Below, piece by piece: positions 1-12,099 of a DNA stretch of 64,000 bases; position 1 is the stretch's first letter, and each line of letters begins with the position of its first letter. This stretch comes from Azolla caroliniana. Taxonomy: Eukaryota > Plantae > Polypodiophyta. Made by a program: the position numbers and the translations under genes. Where the stretch lies: positions 6,510,001-6,574,000 of the forward strand of contig JBHGNT010000012.1 of the NCBI GenBank assembly GCA_043228905.1. The letters run 5' to 3'. Below the pieces are notes generated by a model, which was not told where the DNA came from, did not search any database, and saw only the letters and a program-made list of their open reading frames with translations.

Positions 1-1970
1 CTTCGCAGATTTTCAGGTTTGTGAGATGGGCTTTTGGAAGGCCTAGTGCCAAGTTATGAAGTTGCATATTTTTAATGGCTTGTAGATGAGTGTGTGTGAG
101 TCGATGGTGCCACATATTTGTTAGAGTAGAGTGTTCGTTTGTTGATGTATAATGTGCTTCTAATGTAATGGTTTTGGGTGTGCATAGGATGCAATAGAGT
201 CCTTCATCTAGGTGTTTACTGATGTATTTAGTTGTTTGTCCATCCAGGGTTTTATGCCTAATTTGTGCATATGTTTCTTCGAACTATATTTTTGGTTGCT
301 TGACAAACTGATAATAAGTTTTTCGTGATTCCATGAACAAAATAAACATTGTCTACTTTGAGAAGTTGATTGTCTTCTAGAAAAATGTTTGCTTACCCCT
401 TTCCTAAAGCATTTAGCCTACCATTATTACCAAACACGATGGGGATTGGTACTGGTAAGGGGTTATAATTTTTGATGGATTGTCTATTATTTGTCATGTG
501 ACGTGTGGCACCGTTATCAAAGTACCTGGTGTTGTCTGATTTCTGTTTTGTATTGATTCTTGCATTTAAAGCGTCTACAATAAAGGCTTGCATGAGGTCA
601 TCATAACCGTCATCAATCTTTTCCTCGTTTGTTTCAGTTGGGTATGACTCATCTTCTGAGATTTCTTCAGCTATGTGGGCTTCTACTCGAGATCTAGGTC
701 TCTGATATGTTTGGTATGGTTGTTTAATTTTGGTTTTTCTAAACCTACATTGATTGTTGGTATGTCCGGATTTCTTGCAAATAGTGCAGAAAATTTGTGA
801 GAACTTGAGGCCTCCAGTTTTTTATCTAGAATTTCTGGGTAGTTTCTAGGCTTGTATTCCATTCTTTGATTTTGATAGGGTTGTTTGCTACGATATGCTA
901 TCGTCATTAATGTGTGTTTTGTTTGTTCCGGCCGGCGTGCCTTTTTCATTGCCTCTTCTTGTCTTATACAATTTATGAGGTCAATGAGAGTTGTGTTTGT
1001 GTTGAAATTTTGGGTGGTCACAAAAGTGCTCCATGATGGTTGCAATGCACCTAATAGCAGGAGTCTTTGCAACTTTGATTCTATTTCGACGCCAGACGTA
1101 AGACATTCATCTAGTTTTCGTTTCCATGCACACATATCATCTTCTTCTTGCATCTTTAAAATTACTAATGAGTTTAGAGTCATGACCTGATTTCCGTCTA
1201 TAGTTGGTTCGAATTCATTTTTCAAGTCGATCCACATGGCATTTGTAGTGCACCAATCTCTAATCGCATCGGCTTGCTGGTCTTCCAAATTCGACGTGAT
1301 TTCTCGCTTTTGTGCTAGATCTTTCTCTTCCCATGCAGGGTAGTTTGGGTCTGACGTGTTGAGTTGTATCTCTATGCCCCCAACTACTACCCATAGCTTC
1401 ATTTGTTTGACAAGGAGCGTCATTTTGCTACTCCAGACTCTATAATTTGTGTTATTAAATTTGCTTATTGTTGTTTTTCTATATAGGAAGTTTTGGGATA
1501 AGGGTGTTGCATGAGCCATTGCTATGAAAGATTATTTGTTCAAAAAAAGTAGGAGTGTGCAGGTCTTAGAAAGGGTAAAAGGTTCTGGCCTATCCTGTGA
1601 TTTATTTGTTTCTGTGCAGAAAGTTTGATTTACGGGCCGTTTTCTGAGTTTCTATGATTTGTTGTTTCAGTGCAAATTCCAGAAAGTTTGATCTACAAGT
1701 CATTCTCAGATTATTCTATGGTAGAATAGGGAACCTGCTCTGATAACATGTAGAACTTCAAAAACAGGGAGATAGAGAGAGAAAGATGAATTTGATTGGT
1801 TTAGAATGGTTATGGCTCTTCTCTACGAATGTGTGTTGTTGTTCTTATAAGACAAATGTGCCCTTTTGTTTACAACAATGTAACTATTCATATGACTCTT
1901 CATATAACGAGTCATATAATTGTTTTATTTATTTATTTAATTTGTACAATTTTAATTATATTTTCTAACA
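1..1970 (-). mobile_element. Ty1/Copia LTR retrotransposon, 5' part (LTR, PBS, gag, protease, GAG-pre-integrase); runs off the window start
   Basis: Gag ORF 683-1519 (KFNNTNYRVWSSKM, UBN2-like). Protease motif YFDNGATRHMT in ORF 393-593. WHHRLTH motif near 90-120. Met-i-like PBS (tgttatcagagc on the minus strand) at 1737-1748. Confidence 0.9.
1749..1970 (-). repeat. 5' LTR of the Copia element
   Basis: TG...CA termini (tgtagaa...tctaaca), directly adjacent to the PBS. Confidence 0.75.
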
Positions 1971-2310
1971 TGGCGATCTCTGATGCGCCAATCCAACCAT
2001 CTCCTTCACCTTTGCCTTTCGAGCTAGATCAATCTTCCCATAATCATAATCACCCCCATAGCCATATCCATCACAATCATAACAATAGCCATAACTATAA
2101 CCATCATCATCATCATCATAATCATCAAAAGTTGGTAGTTGATCGGATCAAAGGACCATGGAGCCCTGAAGAAGACGAAGCACTACATAGGTGAGTTGGT
2201 CTCTAATAAGCGGAGGTGTTCCTAGACGATCAAGAAAGTCATGTTGGTTGTGTTGGTGTAATCAACTGAGCCCGCAGAGGGAACATGGGCCTTTCACAAA
2301 AGGGAAGATC
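1970..2310 (+). pseudogene. R2R3-MYB (MYB44/73/77-like) pseudogene, truncated after the R2 repeat
   Basis: His/Asn-rich N-terminus followed by DRIKGPWSPEEDEALHR. After a deletion/frameshift it reads SWSLISGGVPRRSRKSCWLCWCNQLSPQREHGPFT, against the consensus NWSLIS..IPGRSGKSCRLRWCNQLSP.VEHRPF. Confidence 0.88.
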
Positions 2311-2596
2311 GTGAAAGTAAGAAGGAAGATAACGGAGCTACTGGTTGAAAATTAAAAAAGAAGAAAAAGAGGAAGAGACAAACAAAGAAGAAAGAAAGGA
2401 AAAAAGAAAAGCTAAAGAGAGAGGGCATATGGAAAACATTTCAATAACTCAAGGGTATACAATCGAATTTCAGAACTTGGAGGGCAGAAGAGAAAATTTC
2501 AAAAATTGGAGGGCAAAAAATACGATTTTAAAAACTTGAGGGTAAAAATAAAATTTTCAAAGATCAAGGGGTATTAAAACATAAAACTCAACTCAC

Positions 2597-3076
2597 ATGA
2601 AGGAACCAGAGAATGCACATACACGCAACACGATTTCACGACCCATGCCGCAGTGGATGAGTCAATTGGTGTGTGATCCAATCGAGAGATGCGTTGCCCG
2701 AATGAGAATGCTTGAGTCAAGCAAACCTCCTATTGAAGTTATCGATTGTAGAGGTATGATCCGGTTTAGGGATATCTGATTGTTGAGATGATTGATGGAG
2801 TTCTGGTCGAGAAGAGTTGCCTTCGCGAGTGGGTTCACCGTGCGATGCACTGTTCCACAGGCATGCCAAGTGTTACCCGTAGGAGTGTGCGGGGAGGCAT
2901 AATGGTGGAACACGTTAAAGTGGATGTTGTGTAGGTGTAATGTATACGAGTGTGAGTGAGGTGGAATATGTCTGTGAACACATGCACAATTATGTGCATG
3001 TGTGTAACGGTCATATTATGTAACTGTTACAATTGATGTACTATATAAACTATATAAACCCCCTGTGGGGCACGTG
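2597..3076 (+). mobile_element. 3' end and partial LTR of a Gypsy related to the 3753-12534 element
   Basis: gcactgttccacaggcatgccaag|tgttacc (2847-2877) matches the internal/3'LTR junction at 12076-12106. TATA-like boxes at about 3042-3058. Confidence 0.55.
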
Positions 3077-3752
3077 TGAAAGTGATTTTAGAATTCAAGG
3101 TATTGGACACTACAAGAATATAAGGTATGAAGCATTCACATCCGGAGGGTAAGATCACAAACCAAGGTCTTAAGGATAAGTCAAACAAAAAGCGAAGGAT
3201 AAGTCAAACAAAAAGCGAGACACGTGGAGAAAAGTAAAAGAAGAAAAAAGCGGGCCACCAAAAAACAGTCTACAACGAATGCTCATAACTCATTCGTTTG
3301 GAAGCCAAATATAATGTGCAAATATGGGTTAGAAAGCTTGTGAAGAGAGCTAGCCATAGCTATTTAAAACTCTAAATTTGGATCTTGGATGAGGGCGATA
3401 TTACGATTTGAAGATTGTTGTGTCATAGATAAGAATAGGACTCGATGAAAAACTCTAAAAAAAGCATAAAAAAGAAAGCAAGGGAAACTTATCTAGTGGA
3501 AGAGAACTTTATATAAAGGAAGAAGAGTAAGGTGGTGAGGGAAGGAGTCTCTTTCTTATGATGATTTATTCCCAATTCATGTAGTGTTGTTTGAATTCTC
3601 ATCAATAGATATTTGTAGTTGTATCTTCTTTCTCTCTTCCTTTTTTCCTGATCAATAGATCTTTGTAGTTTTAGATTTATATATATCTTCTTTATCTTTT
3701 CTTTCTATCATCACTCTATCAACATGTAATGAATATAGAGATGTTTTGTTAG
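3077..3752 (+). repeat. LTR-like fragment, interrupted by the Gypsy at 3753
   Basis: Starts TGAAAGT, as does the segment at 2312. Contains a TATA-like site near 3510, a 23-bp tandem duplication at 3172-3217 and a pyrimidine-rich U5-like region. Confidence 0.35.
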
Positions 3753-4200
3753 TGTTACCCGGCCGGCAAAGGAGCTGAGACCAGAATGTGAAAGGGATGG
3801 TTATTCGGAATATATTTAATTAAGTAGATTAGATTATAATTATGTAGTGAACGGACGGACCGGAATCGGTATGCCGATCCAGATCCGGACCGATTCCGAA
3901 CAGGTGCCGGTTGGCACCGTTTTGTATGCAGCACCGGTGACCTATCTAAAGGCCCGGTTATAATGTATAACTTTAACGGAGAATTAATAAAAGCTTCTTG
4001 TTTTATCTGCACGTATTGATTACCGTTCTGAATTAATTGTTATATCTTATGTGTGTATTAAGTGTATGCCTTATTGCTAAGTAGCTAATTAAGTCGAAGT
4101 AATCGTTGCGTCTTAAGTTATCTCGCCGTAACACCCCTTTGATGAAGTGTCTTCTGGAGACACCATGTGTTAGGCCATTGTCCGGCCCTAAGGATTAACA
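3753..4200 (+). repeat. 5' LTR
   Basis: tgttacc...ttaaca, homologous to 12100-12534. Confidence 0.85.
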
Positions 4201-4255
4201 CAGTTTTTGGCAACCACGATTCCTGCACAATTGCAGCGAACAGTGGTGGGAATGG

Positions 4256-6670
4256 ATGACACGACCAACGAATGACCCAGTTACGGAGCAAGCAAGGCGA
4301 CTTGCTGAATGGCTGAGGAAGCGAGAGGCTTTCCAGCAAGCGGTAGAAGAAATTAGAGCGGATTGCTCATTTTTGAAAGTGATCCGGAGAGTGGCAAAGG
4401 AATCACTTCGGCTACCACAAAACGCCTACCCGGACGAAGGAAGCAGCCTAAGCAGCCTCCGGGAAGCAAAATCCCTTCTCCAGGCATTGGCAGTGGGGGA
4501 AGGCGAATCCAAAGCATTTTCGGCATTTGAATCAGGTTCGGACGGGGAATATAGCGCGCAAACGAACTACCGCAGTAGTAACGGCACCCCAGGCGGACCA
4601 GAGGACGAGGAGTCGGATACTTTGCCGACACCAGAACCCGAATCGACAAGGTTGGAAACTCCGGTACCAGAAGTCGACCACACTCCGGAACCAGAAGTCG
4701 ATGACGAGAGACCTCCGACACAGGAAGTCGAGGAGGAGAAGCCTCTGACACCACAAGAGGAGCAGGAAAGACCTTCGACGGTGACAAAAGACTAGGGAAA
4801 ACCTCCGACACCACCAGAGGAGGAACGACCACCGACACCACCAGGCCGTGTACGGACACTGGACGACAATATATTGTTCCAATATCCCAGATACTGGGAT
4901 GATCCGGACTCGGAAGCCCACGTCCATGCGTTTCAACAAACTTGGGAAGCGAACCATGTGTCCCATCACTTAAATACAGCTGAAGAGGAACGCTTAAAAC
5001 GGGCAGAGTTCGGCATGACCTTGGAGGGACCGACCGCCAGATGGCACCGAACACAGGATCCCAGCACCATCCCCACGTTTGAAACATTAAAGACAAAATT
5101 CTTGCATTTCTTCCACAAGGAGATGGACCAGCGGGAAATGGTCGGGTTATTTTACAATATCCGGCTGGAACCAACAAAGAACAACCTACAGTTTGTCATC
5201 CGGTTCCAACAGATACACAGTCAGCTTAGCCAGACACCACCGAAGGAAGAAACAAAGGCCATATTCTTAGCCGCACTCTGGGAACCCTTACGGACTGTGT
5301 GCACTGTCATCGATTTCCGCACCAGCAACATAGATAAAGTGATTGACTGAGTTCGGGAAATGGAAAACTCGAGTTCATGGCTAACCATGGGCGCACTGTA
5401 GCGTATGCTACCGACGGAAGAGGACCTCCGTTTCTGACAAGCAGTTCAATGTACGATATGCCTGAATGTTGGACATTCAACGCTAGAATGCACCATGCGT
5501 TCCCAATGCTTTCTCTGCCACTCCAGAAGTCACACAATGGAACAGTGTGAGTATAACTTGTTAAATCGACAAGCACCACCAGTCTGGCAATTTGAACCAC
5601 GGAGCAACCGGGAGGAAGAAGAAGAACGCTGGTGGCGAGAAGAGCGCTACCGGCCGGCACAAGATGTCTGATATAGCGATCGAAGAGACGCGTATGACCA
5701 GTATGATAGACAGGATAGATATCGGGGCTATAATGGACGGTATGAAAGATATAACCAGGATCACTCCCTTGGTTACAACCACTGACGGGACGGCTATGGC
5801 AAGGATGATGACCAGCCCCGGCAAGGATACCGCACCAAAAAGAATTTCAATAAGAAATGTCATTTCAACAAAAAGGGGGGTCATCCATGAGAACCGGAAA
5901 AGAGCGCTCCGAGTAGCCAACCCGACCAAAACCAAGCACTTGCCCCTGGTCCGCCACCAAGCACACACACTGAATCCAACAATGCCTGGAAGCCCTACTG
6001 TTATTATTGCCGGCAAGAGGGTCACTATAGTAATCAATGTCTGGCGAAGAGCTACGACAAACGACCGGCGGTGAACATGGTAGACGCGGAAGTCGCGGAC
6101 ACACAACAGGTCACTACAAGATCAAAAGGCAAAGCCACGAAGTGGGAAACTCAAGAAGCCATCCGGAAGCAGGCAACCGAATGGGTGAAGAAGGCAAATG
6201 AACGGAATGCGGTTGAGCTCGAACAACAAAAGGAGAATGCCGAAGAGCTCACCGGCCCGTGGCAACCCGAAAACCCAACCTGGTAGGCATTACAAGAATG
6301 CCAAATAACGCTACCATTAGGCCGGTTATTGCAACTGGTACCACGGTTCACTGAAGGATTGAAAACCGGAAGGACGATAGCAGACACACCACTGGCTCCG
6401 GCATTCTTTTCAAATCCGGAGGAAGGACTGGCAGTGGTGGACACAAGCAGTCCAGCAATCCAGCAGTCCAGCAAAACTGGAGGAAGAACATAATTATGTT
6501 CCGGCGAGGAAAAGCGAAAGTACGAGTACCAACTCAACCACGATCCGGTACCGGCAAGAAATCAACACCGTTATATGCGGAATGTGTTAACATGCTGGAA
6601 GGATTGGCGTACAAAGAGGTCGATCAATACTTACAGGAAAATCTAAAGATCATACCTCTGTTCGAGATTG
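4256..6670 (+). pseudogene. Gypsy gag with three CCHC knuckles, plus a deleted protease-region copy
   Basis: ORFs 4256-4795 and 4874-5350 are in frame and separated by a single TAG. Knuckles: CTICLNVGHSTLEC, CFLCHSRSHTMEQC, CYYCRQEGHYSNQC. Confidence 0.8.
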
Positions 6671-6680
6671 ATCGAAGGGC

Positions 6681-9600
6681 ATGGCCAAGGAATGGGAGAC
6701 GCAGGAGACCATCCGGAAACAAGCAACGGAATGGGTAAAGAAAGCAAACGAGCAGAATGTCACAGACTTACAGCAGCAAAAGGAGAACACCGTAGGGCTT
6801 GCCGGCGGTAGTCACTCCGAGAATGAGACATGGCAGGCGTTGCAAGAATGCCAGATTATGTTGCCACTAGGAAGACTCCTACAACTCGTGCCAAGATTCA
6901 TGGAAGGACTGATGACGGCCATGACGGCAGGAGCACCATCACCGGCACCGGTACTCTTCTCGAATCCGGAGGAGGGACCAACGGTGGTGGACACCAGCAG
7001 TCCGGTAATCACTGCCATTGTAAAAGGGAAAGAACTCCCCGGCACAGTTATAGACGGAGGCTCTGGGGTGAATGTAATAAGCCTCCGGACGTGTGATGCC
7101 CTAGGAATCCACGAGTGGGAGCCGTGTCTGTTCTGGTTGCGGATGGCCGATACAAGCTCAGTACGGCCGACAAGATTAATACGGAAATTAGAAGTCACCG
7201 TCAGCGGTCATACATTTCACATCTTGGCAGTAGTGCTACAATTACAGGCACAAGGCGCATACCTGCTATTGCTGGGGCGGCCATGGTTGAAAACGGCACA
7301 TATCAAACAGAATTGGAGGAAAAATATAATTACCTTCCGGCGAGGAAAAGCCAAGGTACGGGTACCAACACAGCCAAGGACGAGCACTAACAAGGAATGT
7401 ACACCGTTGTATGCGGAATGCATCAACATGCTAGAAGGGTTAGCTGACGAAGAAGAAGCTCAGTACTTGCAGGAAAACCCGAAGATCATACCCCTCTTCG
7501 AAATTGACATTGCCGAAGCAGTGGCACCATACTTACCACAACCGGAAGAGGCTGAAGCAGAACCGGATAAAGACGCAATCCGGGAGTTGCGGCAAGCGCA
7601 GGAAGCGTTGGAACGGGAAATGGCCGTTTCACAGCGCGTAAAAGCGTCGCAACTGGAAGAGGTGAACCTAGGGACCACAGACGAAGCAAAACCGGTGCAC
7701 ATCGCCAAGGAGATGAAGTCCGAAGACAAAACGGCGATGATCACACTTCTCACGGAATTTTGCGATGTGTTCGCCTGGTCATACGAAGACATGCAAGGAC
7801 TCGACCCTCAGTTATACCAGCATCAGGTTCACTTGAGCAAGGACGCAAAACCAGTGGCACAAAGACGGTACCGGATGAACCCCAATTATGCCGCCAAAGT
7901 CAAGGAGGAAATCGACAAACTGCTAAGAGTTGGCTTTATCCGTCCGGTAAAGAAAGCGACATGGCTGAGCCCGATCGTAGTCGTACCGAAGAAGAACGGA
8001 AAAATTCGAGTTTGTGTGGACTACCGGAAACTCAATGCAGCTACGGTAACGGATGCGTTTCCACCTCCGTTCACAGATGGAGTGTTGGATGTCGTCGCCG
8101 GCCATGAGGTCTATAGCTTCCTAGACGGATTCAGCGGGTATAATCAGATCCGGATGCACTCCGACGACCAAGAGAAAACGGCTTTCGTCACCGAATGGGG
8201 GGTGTTTGTGGCCGTGGTGATGATGTTCGGACTCAAAACGGCACCGGCAACATTTCAACGAATCATCATGGAAATCTTTGGTGAATATATTCCGGCTTTT
8301 ATGCAGGTTTTCCTTGACGATTTCGCCGTCTATAGCCGGGAGGATGACCATTTTCAGCACCTCCGCCTTTGTCTTGAAAAGTGTAGAGCGTACCGGCTAA
8401 GCTTGAATCCGGCAAAGTGTGTATTTGGCGTATCCAGTGGAACGCTATTAGGACATATTGTGAGCCAGGAAGGTATTGCAGTTGACCCGGACAAAGTAAA
8501 AGCCATATTAGAAGCACCGACGCCGGCAACGGCAAAGGCATTAAGCCGGTTCTTAGGCCAGATCCAGTGGCACAGTCGGATGCTCCGATACTTGGCCGAC
8601 CTGGCTACACCGTTGCATGCCGCCGTACATCGGACACCATTCCAGTGGACCGACACCGAGGATAGGGCGTATAGGGACCTCAAGGTACTATTGTCGCAAG
8701 CATCGGTAGTGCAGCCTCCGGATTGGAGTAAAGAATTTCACGTGTTCGTGGACGCCTCTGACATCGCAATCGGAAGCGTACTGATGCAGCTTACGGAACC
8801 AAAGTGGTACCGGCCAATGTACTCTGCCAGCCAAAAGCTATCCCAAGCACAACGGAACTACTCTACCACGGAACGGGAAGCTCTAGGGATGATCTACATT
8901 GTGACAAAGTTTCGGCATTATTTATTGGGAAGGAAGTTTTCCTTCCATGTAGATCATTCAGCACTCCTTTACCTGGTGTCCGAGGCGTCACTCACCGGCA
9001 AATTGGCCCGGTGGACCTTACTGTTACAGGAATTCGAGTTTGAAATATTCCACCGACTCGGTATACAGCATGCCGTGGCGGATTACTTAAGCCGATCAGA
9101 GTCCGGAGAGACGGGTGACGGAGTAGCGGATGAGTTTCCGGATGTGGAGCTGTTTCGAGTCACTACGGAGACGGCAGCAGATGAGACGGTGGCCTAGGAA
9201 GACAAGTGGCTCACAAAATTGCACCAGTTTTTGAGGACAGGACTGCCTCCGGAAGAGATGAACCAGTTTTCTGCTTACTGCAAGACACACTTTACCACAA
9301 GGGCGCGGACGGCATATGGAGACGGGCTGTGCGCAGCGATGAAAAGGACCTCATATTGAGGGAAGCCCACTGCAGAGTTGCCGGAGGTCACTATGCCGGA
9401 GATGCGACGGCCATGAAAATATGGCAAAGTGGCCTATGGTGGCCAACGACATTAAGAGATGCGGTATGGTACGCAAAAGAATGTGACCTATGCCAGCGAA
9501 TGGGCCAGCCAACGGAGCAGGCTCGTATGCCACACCAGCTGGTACTACCACTCGAGCCATTCCAGAAGTGGGGGGTTGGACTTTGTGGGACTGTTCAAAC

Positions 9601-10561
9601 CACCGGCAATGAGAACGGGTAATCGATACGTCATCGTCGCGACGGATTACTGCACGAAATGGGTGGAGGCCAAAGCATTAAGGGACAACACTACTGCGTC
9701 AACAGCGAAATTTCTATATGAGTACATCTGGTGCCGTTACGGATGCCCAATCGAATTAATAAGCGACCAAGGGGGGCACTTTCTCGGCCAAGTAGTGGAA
9801 AGCCTGACGACATTCTATGCCGTTGTCCACAAACGGAGCACACCTTACTATCCACAAGCGAACGGTTTAGCGGAATCAACGAACAAGACGCTCCAGAATA
9901 TCCTCCGGAAGATTGTCAACGAAAACTGAACGGATTGGGATACAAAGCTACATAGCGCGCTTTGGGCATACCGGACGGCATACAAAACGAGCATCCGAAC
10001 AACACCGTTCCGGTTAGCGTTCGGACTAGAGGCGGTAATGCCAGTGGAATTCCAAGTACCCAACTTACGGATCCAGCTACGGGAACGGCTAAACGAGAAG
10101 GAGTCGGAGGCAATACGGTTGACAGCGCTGTGTGAACTCGAGGAACAATGACTGGCCAACATCCTGCACTTAGAATTGGAGCAACGACGACGGAAAGCAT
10201 TTGTCGACCGGCACAGGAAAGGAAACGAAAAAATGTTCGCAATCGGCAAACCGGTGTTAGTATTTCAGACTCGGATGGGCAAGATGCCGGGTAAACTACG
10301 GTTTAGATGGACCGGACCGTATTGGCTGACACGGGAGTATAATGGGTCCTACCAGTTAGGGACACTTGCCAGTAAGTGCTAGGCAAATGGGTCAACGGAT
10401 TCCGATTGAAGCCATATAGAGGACCGATGCCTAAGAACCCATTTGAGCAAAGGACCGACACCAGTGAGGGAAATGGCAACCACCAAGACGGCAGAGACGG
10501 CGAGCCGGTAACTGGGGAGAATGAGGCCGGTAAGGGTTCGAGAGGACCAACGAACAAGTAA
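6681..10561 (+). pseudogene. Gypsy pol (protease, RT, RNase H, integrase with GPY motif)
   Basis: IDGGSGVN (PR); FLDGFSGYNQI and FLDD (RT); DASD...YSTTEREAL (RH); H..GGH...CDLCQ, ATDYCTKWVEA, SDQG and PQANGLAE (INT); RWTGPY. Integrase carries stops and frameshifts. Confidence 0.93.
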
Positions 10562-10715
10562 CGTCACACTAATAATAATAATAACAAAAAAGAAAAAAAA
10601 AAAAAACAATCATGCAAAAGCGAGGAATGAATGGATGAAAGAGCGAGGAGCGAAAAGGTACGTAGTGGGCATTTAAAGCGCCACCACAGGACATAATGCT
10701 ATTTTAGTACACGAC

Positions 10716-12045
10716 ATGCACACACTCGAAAAAGGCGCCAGAATGCACAGACAAAAACCACTGCGCATAGAGACCCTTTACTTTCGCGAGCCCAGGAGCA
10801 CAGAAGCACCAAGACGCTGCAAGATCATCAGACAAGAACCTACGCACAGAGAACCCCCGCCTTCTGAACTCTCTCTCTCTCAATCTCACTCTCATCACCA
10901 TCCGACCTCGCCACCGCAATCCGACCTCGACACAGATATGGACCCGCAAACGTTGTCGGAAGCCGCCAAGACATGGCTAAAGCAACACGGGCTCGAGGGC
11001 TTCTTGATGATGATGGAAGTACCGCCACACAAAGAAGCCGACAAGGTGATCAAAGAAATCGACACAGGGGTCATAACGGCAGAAGCGATTCGAGCGTTAA
11101 CAGGCCTTCTGGAGGGAGGCATACTCACGATTGACAATCCAACCCCGGAGCAACTCATCAGGTATTTTGGTGAGTACTCTCTAGCCAACAAGGGCTACCG
11201 GACACAAGGCAGCGGAGATATGCTGTTCCGCGAGATTGCTCGTGTGCTCCACGAATACAGCCATGTGTACCCTAGACCCCCTGTCATGCCGCAGAACCGG
11301 GCAGGGATGATCATCGCCACCTATGAAGGGATCAAGGTGGATTGGCCGGTATTGATCGCAGACGGGTTGTGTGCGACGATCGAGATCGTCAGAGGCAAAG
11401 ACGGCAAAGAAGGCCGAGACGGACGGAGGATATGGCACGCCGTAATGCAGTGGCTCACCTTGCTTGTGCCACCCGTCCAGCCCGTCCAGCCCAAGAAGCG
11501 AGGAAGAGTGGCGGACGGCACCCCAAGGACGACTTCCAAACGACAACAGTTGTTGGCCTCTATGGCCACTAAGGGGAAGGCGGCGGATGCAGAATAGGCG
11601 GGAAAGGAGAGCGGCAGCCATACGAGACGAGCTGGCAGACAACTTCCAAGTCCTGGCAGATGAACAGTTGGCGCAGGTCAGGCAGCTCGTAGCTCAGCTG
11701 GACGATGATAGGCTGGACGCTCAAATTCAGTTTGAAAGTTACGAGCGGTCTCGGGTACGGGAAGAAAAAGCACGGGAAGCGACAACGGTTAACCTTAGTG
11801 ATGAGGAACCATCGCCGGCTGAGGGCCAGCCCGGAACCAGTCAACCGGAGACCACTACGACGGAGGGAGCAACGACGGAGACGCCGGTGCCAGAGCAACA
11901 AACGGAGGAGCAGCCGCAACAGCCACTAACGGACCCGCTGCAGCAGACATCAACAGAGTAGCAACAACAACAACAACAACCAATTCCAGATGAACCATTG
12001 GAGACTCTCGAACAAAGCATTCTGGATATTTTGGACGAAGAATAG
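10716..12045 (+). pseudogene. Extra 3' ORF of the Gypsy, unknown function; frameshift near 11590
   Basis: A 293-aa ORF overlaps a second frame that encodes a coiled-coil/acidic tail. Both lie between INT and the 3' LTR. Confidence 0.65.
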
Positions 12046-12099
12046 CAAGGGTCGGTTGTGGATTCGACGTACAAGGCACTGTCCCACGGGCGTGCCATG

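Noticed and set aside
1829-1969. Hydrophobic N-terminal extension on the MYB ORF
   Set aside because: It lies inside the AT-rich Copia LTR and is a chance open frame.
4256-4795. Separate ORF upstream of gag (Ogre-like ORF1)
   Set aside because: It is in frame with the downstream gag and separated by one TAG, most simply a nonsense mutation.
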